Positions 9,948-19,014 of a stretch of DNA of 64,000 nt are shown in pieces. How positions within the stretch are numbered: the stretch's first letter is position 1; the number at the start of each line of letters is the position of its first letter. The notes beneath the pieces were generated by a model that had not been told where the DNA came from, did not search any database, and saw only the letters and a list, made by a program, of their open reading frames with translations. A program made the position numbers and the translations under genes. Location: the NCBI GenBank assembly GCA_017617235.1, contig JAFZWQ010000042.1, forward strand, positions 18,401 to 82,400, given 5' to 3'. This stretch comes from Bacteroidaceae bacterium (GTDB lineage: Bacteria > Bacteroidota > Bacteroidia > Bacteroidales > Bacteroidaceae).

Positions 9948-12725
9948 CTATTTTAGGACTGTCTTTTTTCCTTGTTGGATATAAATGCCCTTCGTGAGTT
10001 TGCTGACACGGCGGCCGCTGAGGTCGTAAATGTTATTATCGTTGCCTCTCTCAAACTCGTTTTCAACATGCTCAATGCCGTCCGTTGTAGGGTCGTACAT
10101 GCGGTATTGGCCGTTGGTGATTTGTTCCAGGGTCAGGGGAACATAGACCATGCAGTATTCGTTGGGACCTTCCTCGTAGAAGAATGCAATGCGATTGTCG
10201 GGCTGCACGCACATGGTGCTGTAGGCCGAACTACGGTCGCTGACTTCTAAGCCTTGATTCCACGACCTGGAGAAGGACTCCGAAGTGTAGTTGTAATCGG
10301 TCTGATAGCTGAGTGTCTTCCACCAGATGCCTACATTGCTGCGGCTACTGCCTTGGGGCAGACTTTGCAGGGCTATGGGGTAAACATGGGGATATTTGCC
10401 ATCTGTACGTTTTCCATAGACGATAAGTATTTCACCGTTGCACGAGTTTCCGCCCACCTTGATGCCACCGTCCTGCTGATTGCTCTGTAAGCAGTTGCCC
10501 CACTGACCAGTGGTATAGGTATCGTCGTTATACTGGAATACATTGAAGTATCGGCCCGATGATTTGCGTCCACTGAGGACAATGTTCCCATTGGGCAGTT
10601 CTTCGACTTTGGGTTCGTCGCTGCCTGGGGCCGCTTGAATCGTAGCGGGGGAGAGCAGTTGCCACGTCTGGCCGAAGTCGTCGGAATAAACAACGTAGGC
10701 CCCCTTGACATTATTCCCACGACATAGCATGGCGGCATACAACCGATAGTACTCTCCCTTCTTCACCAGTCGGCTCTGCAGAATCTTTCCGCTGCCGAAG
10801 AATGCTGCGTAACAATCTATTTCGTTATCTGCCTGGGTGAGTAATGCACCTTCGACTCCGAAGAACTGGGCTGTGATGTTTTCGGGCTCGGTCCATGTCA
10901 GGCCACCATCGTGACTGCGCAGACGGGCAATACATGGCCTGCTATTGGCTGTGGCGCTGGCATATACCTGCTTGCCGCTGACACAAATGAGGAGCACCTC
11001 GTCGCTCTCCCTGTCGGCAACGACGGCAGCATCGCCGTAACCCAAACCAAAGAATGGGTATTCGGGTGCGTCAGCCGGTACGCCATCGGCAATACATTCC
11101 GGCTGGCTCCACGTCAGGCCGTTATCGTCGGAACGGCGCAGCATGATGTCCACCTCGCCATAGCCGATGTCGCGATTTGCCGGTCTGTAGTCTGTGAAGG
11201 CCAATAGTGTTCCTTTGCTTGTTGTAACGATAGCCGGTATGCGATAGGGATGTCCATCGGGACTGTTGCTATACCATAGATACTGGTAGAGGTTGTCGGG
11301 GTCGGCATATAGTTTGACGTTCAGGTTCCCTTTGTCGTCGCGGTCGATACCCGTCAATTGGTATCCCCTGTATCGTACGTTCTCACTGATGCTGACTTCC
11401 TGTCCAATGGGCAGATAGTAAATGTCTGTTGCCCCGTCGTTGGCTGTGGTCAGCGATTTGTGACTGGTTACGCCGCCTGCTGTGACATTCAGGTAAGCCA
11501 CTCGGGTATTGTTTTCGGGGAAAGGATTGGAACCTGAATAGGAATAGGTGACCGTTGTGCCATCGCCTATTCGTTCGAATCTCCAGTGCGAGCCTGCACC
11601 ACTTTCTTTCCAGAACTTAATGGGCCAGTTCACCACACCGCCGTATGAGTTGATACCCAGCCCAGTGGTGCCTATGGGTGCAATAACGTATCCTGCCCCG
11701 GTTGCAGCATTGGCGTAGGCATCGGACAATGTCCAGTGCACGGCATCTTCGCTGTTTGTAAAGAATACGGGCGAACCGCTTTCAGTGTAGTCGGCACTCA
11801 ATGCGACCTCGCTGCCCATGGTACGGTTGTAGATAACGTAGTCATGGGCATCGCCTACAAAACACCAGAGGAACGACGGGTCGGATAGGTTAATTGTTGC
11901 GTGCATGGGGATGTCCTCACCCTTGCTGCATGCGGCTCCCTCATTAGTCTCCGCCGTGCCGAAGCGAATCCACTTTTCACCGTAGGTCTGGCTGAAGATG
12001 TCGAGCGAGAATTGAGCCTGCAGGGTGTCGGCATCCAATCCGTCCACATTAACACTTGTACCCAGATATTTGTCTTTATAAAAGAATCCATCGAACACGT
12101 AGGCCGCATTGCCAGCTTCGCCAGTCAGTAATACGGTTTCCAAATCGCCCATTACATAGTAAAGCGTACAATCGCCCTCTTTGGTCGTGCCTTGCAGGCT
12201 GAATTTGCCTCGAGCCATAGGCACGTTGCACTGGATGACGATGGGCCGTCCCTTGGGAGCTGTGTACTTGACGAAACAGTAGTCTGTGCTGTAGTCCGTA
12301 CTTTCCTTATTATATACTCCGCTGGCTTGGTCGAACTTCCCGTCGTTCTTCATCACCATGTAGATCCCTGTGCGGTTGTTGTAGTCGCCTTGTAATGTTA
12401 CATTGCCAGAGACAAAAGCCTTGGTCTGGTCGATAGTCCAGTCGAAAGGACTGCTAACCATCGACTTAAAGCCAAAGTAGCAACTGTTGTCTGCAACACT
12501 TTGGATGTTGTAGGCTGAACCGTTGGTGGTTACGTGCCATAGGAAATTAGGGTTGTCTTCCCCGCATATGTTGGATACGCTGAGCACGCCGCCGTTGTTG
12601 TAAAAGTACTGCGGCTGGTCGTTGTCGCAATAGATGTAATACGTGCTCCCGTCTTCGGGCAATCCCTGTGCGAAAGCCAGAATGGTGGTGAATACCAAAC
12701 TGATGAGAAGAGACAGTCTTTTCAT
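9948..12725 (-). CDS. Exo-alpha-sialidase (GH33) with a long N-terminal non-catalytic region and a T9SS C-terminal sorting domain
   Basis: RIP motif YRIPAIV (codons at 11235-11243). Asp-box repeats SDDNGLTW, SHDGGLTW and SDDFGQTW. The C-terminus ...IYDLSGRRVSKLTKGIYIQQGKKTVLK matches the Por/T9SS CTD pattern. Signal peptide present. Confidence 0.9.
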   Translation of the reverse strand: MKRLSLLISLVFTTILAFAQGLPEDGSTYYIYCDNDQPQYFYNNGGVLSVSNICGEDNPNFLWHVTTNGSAYNIQSVADNSCYFGFKSMVSSPFDWTIDQTKAFVSGNVTLQGDYNNRTGIYMVMKNDGKFDQASGVYNKESTDYSTDYCFVKYTAPKGRPIVIQCNVPMARGKFSLQGTTKEGDCTLYYVMGDLETVLLTGEAGNAAYVFDGFFYKDKYLGTSVNVDGLDADTLQAQFSLDIFSQTYGEKWIRFGTAETNEGAACSKGEDIPMHATINLSDPSFLWCFVGDAHDYVIYNRTMGSEVALSADYTESGSPVFFTNSEDAVHWTLSDAYANAATGAGYVIAPIGTTGLGINSYGGVVNWPIKFWKESGAGSHWRFERIGDGTTVTYSYSGSNPFPENNTRVAYLNVTAGGVTSHKSLTTANDGATDIYYLPIGQEVSISENVRYRGYQLTGIDRDDKGNLNVKLYADPDNLYQYLWYSNSPDGHPYRIPAIVTTSKGTLLAFTDYRPANRDIGYGEVDIMLRRSDDNGLTWSQPECIADGVPADAPEYPFFGLGYGDAAVVADRESDEVLLICVSGKQVYASATANSRPCIARLRSHDGGLTWTEPENITAQFFGVEGALLTQADNEIDCYAAFFGSGKILQSRLVKKGEYYRLYAAMLCRGNNVKGAYVVYSDDFGQTWQLLSPATIQAAPGSDEPKVEELPNGNIVLSGRKSSGRYFNVFQYNDDTYTTGQWGNCLQSNQQDGGIKVGGNSCNGEILIVYGKRTDGKYPHVYPIALQSLPQGSSRSNVGIWWKTLSYQTDYNYTSESFSRSWNQGLEVSDRSSAYSTMCVQPDNRIAFFYEEGPNEYCMVYVPLTLEQITNGQYRMYDPTTDGIEHVENEFERGNDNNIYDLSGRRVSKLTKGIYIQQGKKTVLK

Positions 12726-12761
12726 GTGGCTACGTTTAAGGTTATGAGGTGTTATCTTTTC

Positions 12762-13838
12762 CTACTCGATGCCCAGTTGGGTCTGGGCTTCCGTCATCAT
12801 GCGACGCATGGCGGCCAGGTCGTCCTTGGGACAAATCATCAGCACGTCGCCTTCCTGTATTACGGCAAAGTCCTGCAGCCCGTTGATGATGGCTGTTTGG
12901 TTCTTTGGCAGGCGAATGACGTTTCCTTTGCAGTTGTGCAAGCTGGCCTTTGAGTCGAGCAGCAGGTTTCCGTTCGCATCGCAGGTCTGGTAGACATCGA
13001 TGGTGTTCCATGTGCCCAGGTCGGCCCATCCGAAATGTGCCTCGTACACAAATACATTGTCGCTCTTCTCCATAATGCCCATATCGACGTTCAGTTTAGG
13101 CAGCACGCTGAAGAACTCGGGCAAGAACTTGGGGTCGTCGATTTTAGCATCGGCCATCATCTTCGGCAGCTCTATCCGATATTCTGGTATGAGTCGGTAG
13201 ATGTTGTCGAGCATGGCGTCGGCACTGAACAGGAAGATACCTGTGTTCCAAAGGAAGCTGCCGTCCTGCAGGAATATTTCGGCAAACTGCCGTTCAGGTT
13301 TCTCCGTAAAGGTCTTTACGTGATTGAAGTGCTCTTCCTCCGGCTGCTGTTCGCTCATCTGAATGTATCCGTAACCGGTTTCGGGGCGAGTGGGGTGGAT
13401 GCCCATTACGACGAGGCGGTTACCCTTGTCCACAAAGTCCAGCGAACGTGTGATATCTTCCTGGAAGCGCGATTCGTTCAGTATCAGCTGGTCGGCAGGA
13501 CTGACAACCAGGTTGGCATCTGGGTCTACGGTCTTGATAAAGACGGTTCCCCAGGCCACGCTGGCCAGTGTGCCGCGTCGCAAGGGTTCTTCCAGGATGT
13601 GTGTATCGTCGACCTGCGGCAACTGCTCGTAGACATAGGGCAGGTAGTCTACATTCGTGGAGATGTAGATGTGGTCTGCTGGCATGAAACGTGCGAAACG
13701 TTCATAGGTGTCCTGCAGCAGGGTGCGTCCCGTTCCGAATAAGTCCAGGAACTGTTTGGGACGGCTCTTGCGGCTCATGGGCCAGAGGCGGCTGCCAATG
13801 CCGCCTGCCAGTATGAGGCAATAGTTGTGCTCCTGCAT
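12762..13838 (-). CDS. Mannose-1-phosphate guanylyltransferase-like nucleotidyltransferase
   Basis: 358 aa. N-terminal LILAGGIGSRLWPMSR nucleotide-binding motif. Length and layout are typical of ManC-type enzymes lacking the isomerase domain. Confidence 0.8.
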   Translation of the reverse strand: MQEHNYCLILAGGIGSRLWPMSRKSRPKQFLDLFGTGRTLLQDTYERFARFMPADHIYISTNVDYLPYVYEQLPQVDDTHILEEPLRRGTLASVAWGTVFIKTVDPDANLVVSPADQLILNESRFQEDITRSLDFVDKGNRLVVMGIHPTRPETGYGYIQMSEQQPEEEHFNHVKTFTEKPERQFAEIFLQDGSFLWNTGIFLFSADAMLDNIYRLIPEYRIELPKMMADAKIDDPKFLPEFFSVLPKLNVDMGIMEKSDNVFVYEAHFGWADLGTWNTIDVYQTCDANGNLLLDSKASLHNCKGNVIRLPKNQTAIINGLQDFAVIQEGDVLMICPKDDLAAMRRMMTEAQTQLGIE

Positions 13839-13843
13839 GGCGA

Positions 13844-14242
13844 TTATAGTTTCTCGAAGGCTTGGCGGATGGCATCTGCCGTCTGCTGCATCTCTTCGTG
13901 TGTGAACTGTTTCTTCGGGTTGGCGAAGTTCAGGTCGCCTTCACTCTGCATGGGCACCAGGTGGATGTGTGCGTGGGGCACTTCCAATCCCAGCACGACC
14001 TGTCCCACCTTGATGCAGGGCAGCACTTGCTTGATGGCCTGTGCCACGTGTTTTGCGAACACCTGCATAGCGGCAATCTCGTCGTCTTCCAGGTCGAAGA
14101 TGTAGTCAACCTCGCGTTTCGGAATCACCAGCGTATGGCCTTTGGCCAGGGGGGCAATATCGAGGAAAGCGTAGAACTGTTCGTTCTCTGCGCACTTGTA
14201 GCTGGGAATCTCACCAGCTACTATCTTTGAGAATATGGTCAT
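13844..14242 (-). CDS. HIT (histidine triad) family protein
   Basis: 132 aa with the histidine triad HAHIHLVP. Confidence 0.9.
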   Translation of the reverse strand: MTIFSKIVAGEIPSYKCAENEQFYAFLDIAPLAKGHTLVIPKREVDYIFDLEDDEIAAMQVFAKHVAQAIKQVLPCIKVGQVVLGLEVPHAHIHLVPMQSEGDLNFANPKKQFTHEEMQQTADAIRQAFEKL

Positions 14243-14282
14243 AGTCTTATAAGCCTTAAATGGCCTATATGCCCTGTGGGGC

Positions 14283-14753
14283 TTATAGGTCGAATGTGAT
14301 ACTCGTGATTTCCAATTCCACCATTCCAGCGGGTACTTTGATGCTGACTACATCGCCCACCTTCTTGCCCAGCAGACCCTGTGCAATGGGGGTTCCCACG
14401 CTGATTTTGCCTTCGCGCAGATTGGCCTCGCTCTCGCTAACGATGGTATACTTCATCTGCATGCCGTTCTTCACGTTCTTCAGACCAACGGTGGCCAGAA
14501 TCTGAACGCTGCTTGTGTCCAGCGTCTTCGTATCGATGATTTTGGCGTCGAGAATGGTCTGCTTGAGCAGCGCAATCTTTGTTTCCAACTTAGCCTGATG
14601 CTCTTTGGCGGCATCGTATTCGGCGTTCTCGCTCAGGTCGCCCTTGTCGCGAGCCTCGGCGATGGCAGCACTAGCGGCTTGGCGTTCAACGCTCTCCAAA
14701 TGCTGCAGTTCGGCTACCAGTTTGTCGTAGCCCTGTTGTGACATATAAGCCAT
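14283..14753 (-). CDS. greA: Transcription elongation factor GreA
   Basis: 156 aa. Hallmark acidic-tip motif KGDLSENAEYDAAKE in the N-terminal coiled coil, followed by a C-terminal globular domain. Confidence 0.95.
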   Translation of the reverse strand: MAYMSQQGYDKLVAELQHLESVERQAASAAIAEARDKGDLSENAEYDAAKEHQAKLETKIALLKQTILDAKIIDTKTLDTSSVQILATVGLKNVKNGMQMKYTIVSESEANLREGKISVGTPIAQGLLGKKVGDVVSIKVPAGMVELEITSITFDL

Positions 14754-14805
14754 TTTGATTTACTATTTTATTATTTACGTTTTACAATTTGTTTGGTTCC
14801 GATAG

Positions 14806-14847
14806 TCAAAAAAGGAATCCCGACGATATGCCCATCGTCGGAATCCT
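14806..14847 (-). terminator. Intrinsic terminator. It ends the C10 peptidase operon and sits inside the greA leader.
   Basis: The minus strand reads GGATTCCGACGAT-GGGCAT-ATCGTCGGGATTCC (14846-14814, one bulged G), followed by TTTTTT (14813-14808). Confidence 0.8.
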
Positions 14848-14873
14848 GTCTTGGATATTAGATATTCTAGGGA

Positions 14874-14905
14874 CAAAGTTATGGAGAAAAAACTACATCT
14901 CCAAA
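14874..14905 (-). promoter_or_regulatory. Consensus promoter upstream of greA, located upstream of the terminator above
   Basis: The minus strand reads TTTG (14905-14902), a 20-nt spacer GAGATGTAGTTTTTTCTCCA, then TAACTTTG (14881-14874). No other TAnnTTTG lies between here and the greA ATG. Confidence 0.65.
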
Positions 14906-14971
14906 CTTTTTTGCCCTTTTTAACTTATTTTATTTGGATGTTTTACCTTCTGATAGTATAAACCTCTTACA

Positions 14972-15700
14972 TCATATCCCATAGCGTTTTTTTTCGTATT
15001 CTTCTCGTGCCAGATGATATTTTTGTTTGGATTCTTCTTGTTCCTTTTCAGTCATTCTTCGGAACCAAATAAGGTTGTATTCAGATGTATTCTCATATGA
15101 GATGGAATCCGCATCTCCTTCCTTTCGTTGCATTCGTAAACGTCGCAGAGCTATGAACTCGTCGTTTCCTATATGATAAGAAAGTATGGTCATAAATTCG
15201 GTGACAATAAATTTTGTTGGTCTTTTACTGTCGGAATAAACTTCTTTTCTAACGTATGTCCAACTGCGTGTATTCCATTCTGTAGATAAGGTGAAAGGCA
15301 CGTTCCAATGATATAGCCCCGAACCTATATGTGCAAATATCATTACACTATCTTTTGAGAAATAAAGTTTTTCAGGATCCTTATCTCCTACAAACAATCC
15401 GTTCCTATCCATAGATGTAATTGAGATTGCCTTACTCCCGTTAGATTTTATGGGATTGTTCATAATTTCAATCCACCCATGACCAACAATCAATCGGTTA
15501 AAATCCTTTTTGGATATGCCTTTCCCTTCCATCGGAACGATGCGGCCGTCGTTGAGCACTTTTAGTTCGGGTGGAGTCCTTTTAAAATCCTTTTGGATGG
15601 AAGAATTCTCTTTTACATCACTAGGAAGTGATACATTGTTTTTGCATGAAGCTAGTAAACATATGAACAAAGATACATATATAATCTTTGCTACTTCCAT
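14972..15700 (-). CDS. Hypothetical lipoprotein, overlapping and co-oriented with the C10 peptidase gene
   Basis: 242 aa. Lipoprotein signal ...FICLLASCKNN. Its start overlaps the peptidase stop by 10 nt. AT-rich codon usage. I recognise no motif. Confidence 0.7.
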   Translation of the reverse strand: MEVAKIIYVSLFICLLASCKNNVSLPSDVKENSSIQKDFKRTPPELKVLNDGRIVPMEGKGISKKDFNRLIVGHGWIEIMNNPIKSNGSKAISITSMDRNGLFVGDKDPEKLYFSKDSVMIFAHIGSGLYHWNVPFTLSTEWNTRSWTYVRKEVYSDSKRPTKFIVTEFMTILSYHIGNDEFIALRRLRMQRKEGDADSISYENTSEYNLIWFRRMTEKEQEESKQKYHLAREEYEKKRYGI

Positions 15701-16944
15701 ATCTCAATGTAGTTTAAATCCTCAGAATAAACTGTTGTCTCATTAGTTGTGCCATAGCCATCAAGTTGGTATGGATTGCCTAAATCAAATAATTCATCCA
15801 GATAATACCCATCATTTATTCCATCCCAACCCCAATTTACGTGGTTATAGGTTGTTGTTATTATAGTTGGTGTGTTTGCAGGTCTAGAATATCGTTGAAG
15901 GTAACTGTCAACGAGAAAAGCATGACCATATCCTGCTCCTTCAGCTTTTCCCGTAACTAATATAATATGATCATTAATTAACGGGTTTATAGTACAGCCT
16001 GAGAAATATGCATAAAAAGAAGTGCATTGCAACCCCATTATATTTAGACAATAAGGTATCTTTTCGGTTTTAATTAAAGTGTAATTAAAGTTAGAATCGT
16101 TTTTTTCTGTTAGTTCTCCAATTTGTCTCATAAGATAACTAATGTCGTTATGAACTTGTGTTGGATTGATAGCTGTACATTTTGTCGAATCTATTATGCT
16201 TACGTCATGATAGATTTTATGCTTTTTTATTTCAGTCCAATTCAAATACAATGTGTCAGGATGGTTGCTATATCCTATATATGTAAGAGGCAATGTGTCT
16301 GGAGCCTCAAAATATGCTAAGGTCTGTGCAATAGCCACAGGACCGCATCCTGCCAATCCATTGTTGTATTCCATCCCATAATATGCTTCTTGCCCCCATC
16401 TTACAGGAATTTTTGGATTAAATATGTAGAAAGGTAATAACGTTGAATCATTCATTATTGGAGGACGACCTCCAAATCTTGTCATAACATAAATCTTTGC
16501 CCTTTCCATCATCATTGAAAAGGATTTATTTTTTTGTTTTTCAGATGGATTGTAATGTCCATATTCGGCAATTGAGATAAGGCCGGGTGTCGCCTTGTTC
16601 CCAGAAACTACAGCAAAACCAAGACTATCTTCAAAGTTAAAAATAAACATTAATGTATCAATATTAATATTGTGCTCACTTCGTGTAAGGTGGTTATTGC
16701 AAACTATCTGCGTTGAATCAATACATATCTTCCGGCTATTGAAGGTTGAGCGAGTCGTTGTGTTTTTTTCTAGTTCATTAATGGCATCTTGTGCAATCTG
16801 AAGTGCTTCATCAAAAGTTCGTTGCATTGAACTTTCATCTGCAAATGATGTAGAAGGAAACTTGCCCGGTTCCCAATTATCTGAGCAAGAAATAAATATT
16901 ATGTTTATTAGAATTAAAAGAGTGTAAAATAATATTTTATTCAT
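15691..16944 (-). CDS. C10 family (streptopain/interpain-like) cysteine peptidase lipoprotein with an N-terminal propeptide
   Basis: 417 aa. Lipobox ...IFISCSDN. Catalytic Cys context GLAGCGPVAIAQTLAYF (Cys codon at 16345-16347). Catalytic His context GYGHAFLVDSY. The N-terminal region resembles the Spi inhibitor-like propeptide. Confidence 0.85.
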   Translation of the reverse strand: MNKILFYTLLILINIIFISCSDNWEPGKFPSTSFADESSMQRTFDEALQIAQDAINELEKNTTTRSTFNSRKICIDSTQIVCNNHLTRSEHNINIDTLMFIFNFEDSLGFAVVSGNKATPGLISIAEYGHYNPSEKQKNKSFSMMMERAKIYVMTRFGGRPPIMNDSTLLPFYIFNPKIPVRWGQEAYYGMEYNNGLAGCGPVAIAQTLAYFEAPDTLPLTYIGYSNHPDTLYLNWTEIKKHKIYHDVSIIDSTKCTAINPTQVHNDISYLMRQIGELTEKNDSNFNYTLIKTEKIPYCLNIMGLQCTSFYAYFSGCTINPLINDHIILVTGKAEGAGYGHAFLVDSYLQRYSRPANTPTIITTTYNHVNWGWDGINDGYYLDELFDLGNPYQLDGYGTTNETTVYSEDLNYIEIWK

Positions 16945-16959
16945 GGCGTTATTTATATT

Positions 16960-16966
16960 GGGGGGG
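16960..16966. repeat. G7/C7 homopolymer tract in the 26-nt spacer upstream of the C10 peptidase start codon
   Basis: Seven consecutive G on the plus strand (C7 on the coding strand), 16-22 nt upstream of the ATG at 16944. Confidence 0.9.
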
Positions 16967-16970
16967 ATAA

Positions 16971-18980
16971 CTATTTTTTTATTTTATAGACGTAGAAGGA
17001 TTTAGCGGGCAGGTTCAGCATGATGTTGTTGCCGCCTTGTCCTATACTTTCCACCTTCGTTTCCTTTGGCTCGATGAGGTTGGGTTGGTCGACGGTGTTC
17101 TCCTGGTCGAAATGACTGAGGTCGAGCATTACGACGCTTGCATCGGAGATAGTCTTCATGCCGTTGAGCACGATGCGTACGCTCCTGGATTGGTTGCAGG
17201 TGTTGACTACCTTGACGATGACTTCCTGGCGGTCCTTGTCCCATACGGCTGAGGCCAGCACGCCGTCTTCACCCTTCTGTGGAAAGTTGCTGTTGCGAAC
17301 AGACAGCACGTTGGTTCCCTTGTTTTGGGCATAGAGGGCCTGTACGTGGTAGCTGGCGCTCTTGGCAACGCGCAGGTTGTCGTACCAAATCATGTCGGGT
17401 CGCCACTGCCAGCCGTCAACGTGGCTGAACAGGGGGGCATAGGTGGCCATGTGGACAATGTCGGCATTGCGCTCCAGACCTGTCATGAAGGCTGCCTCGT
17501 AGATGCTGGCTCCTGCGTGGTTCCACTTCTTGCCGCGATCGTGGCAGGCATATTCTCCTGCGAATACCTTCGGGCCTTTGCGGTCGTAGAGGTCGTAGCG
17601 TTCCCACTGGTTCTGGAACCAGGAGATGGGGCGATAGAAGTGTTCGTCGACGAGGTCGGCCTTCTGTCGCTTCATGGCTTCCCATCCGATGTCGAAGCCG
17701 TGACCTTCGCTATCTGGTCCGCTGGTGCCTATAATCTTGATTTCGGGATGTGCCTTGCGTACGGCGTCAGCGACGATTTTCACTCGCTTGAAGTAAAACT
17801 CGCCCCACTGCTCGTTGCCTATGCCGAGGAACTTCATGTTGAAGGGTGCTGGGTGACCCATATCGGCACGCAGTTTACCCCACTTGGTATCGGTGGAGCC
17901 GTTGGCAAACTCGATGAGGTCCAGACAGTCGTCGATGTAGGGCTGCAGGCCTTCGACGGTGGCTGGTGCGTGGGCTTTCTCGTTGTCCCAGTTCTGGTAT
18001 TGGCAGGCCATTCCGACATTCAACACGGGCAGGGGTTCCGAGCCTATTTCCTCGCTGAGGAGGAAGAACTCGTAGAAGCCGAGTCCGTAGGTTTGGAAGT
18101 AGTCGGGGTAATAGCGGTAGGTGAACGTTGATTCCCAACGGTTCTTGTTCAGGGGTCGGTTCTCGACGGGGCCCACGGAGTTCTTCCAGTTGTAACGGTT
18201 CTCGAGGGTGACACCTTCCACGATGCAGCCGCCTGGGAAGCGGAACACGCCTGGCTTCATGTCGGCAAGGGCCTGAGCAAGGTCTTTGCGCATGCCGTTC
18301 TCGTGTCCGTTCCATGTGTCGACGGGGAAGAGGCTGACGTGCTCGACGTCCATTGTGCCTGAGCCTGAGCGACCGTTCTCGTTGCAGAGGAACAGGCGCA
18401 GCTGGGCCTTGTCCGCCGTTTTGCGGCTCTTGATGACGGCTGTGTATTTCTGCCAGTCCTTAGAGGTCACCTTGATGTCCGTCGAGGTGAATTCCTGGTG
18501 TTCTTCCTGCGTGTAGGGCTCGATGAGCTGAACGCGCAGCACCTGCGTCCGTCCGTCTGGCACACGGGCATAGACGGAGAAGCGGTATTCCTTGTCCTGC
18601 TCGACGCCGATGCCAAAGAATCCTTCGTTCACCAGACCTGTCCACCAGTCGCCGTGTCCCATGCTGGAGAGGCGTGCATAGTGCGGGTTCTTGTCGAAGG
18701 GGCCGTCGTCCCGGATTTCCACCTTGCCGAAGGCCTGCCAGCCGAGCAGCGGGTCGGGCGTGAATTCGAACGAACGGTTCTTCACCAACTCGGCATAGAG
18801 TCCGCCGTCGGCTGCGAAGTTGATGTCTTCGAAGAAGATTCCGTACATCGTGGGCTGCACTTCGGCACCCGGCTTCTGTGTTTCGACGGTGATGACGTTG
18901 TCGGCTTCCTGAGCACGGGCCGTCGTTGCACTGGCGCCCCAGATAAGGGTCGCGGCGATGAGAAGATTCCTAGTTTTCAT
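16971..18980 (-). CDS. Alpha-L-arabinofuranosidase (GH51), secreted
   Basis: 669 aa with a signal peptide. GH51 motifs FRFPGGCIVEG and FLGIGNEQWG (acid/base Glu). C-terminal beta-sandwich. Confidence 0.9.
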   Translation of the reverse strand: MKTRNLLIAATLIWGASATTARAQEADNVITVETQKPGAEVQPTMYGIFFEDINFAADGGLYAELVKNRSFEFTPDPLLGWQAFGKVEIRDDGPFDKNPHYARLSSMGHGDWWTGLVNEGFFGIGVEQDKEYRFSVYARVPDGRTQVLRVQLIEPYTQEEHQEFTSTDIKVTSKDWQKYTAVIKSRKTADKAQLRLFLCNENGRSGSGTMDVEHVSLFPVDTWNGHENGMRKDLAQALADMKPGVFRFPGGCIVEGVTLENRYNWKNSVGPVENRPLNKNRWESTFTYRYYPDYFQTYGLGFYEFFLLSEEIGSEPLPVLNVGMACQYQNWDNEKAHAPATVEGLQPYIDDCLDLIEFANGSTDTKWGKLRADMGHPAPFNMKFLGIGNEQWGEFYFKRVKIVADAVRKAHPEIKIIGTSGPDSEGHGFDIGWEAMKRQKADLVDEHFYRPISWFQNQWERYDLYDRKGPKVFAGEYACHDRGKKWNHAGASIYEAAFMTGLERNADIVHMATYAPLFSHVDGWQWRPDMIWYDNLRVAKSASYHVQALYAQNKGTNVLSVRNSNFPQKGEDGVLASAVWDKDRQEVIVKVVNTCNQSRSVRIVLNGMKTISDASVVMLDLSHFDQENTVDQPNLIEPKETKVESIGQGGNNIMLNLPAKSFYVYKIKK

Positions 18981-19014
18981 GCTGTATCTTAGTGTTTTTG
19001 GTTTCGAATCAGCA

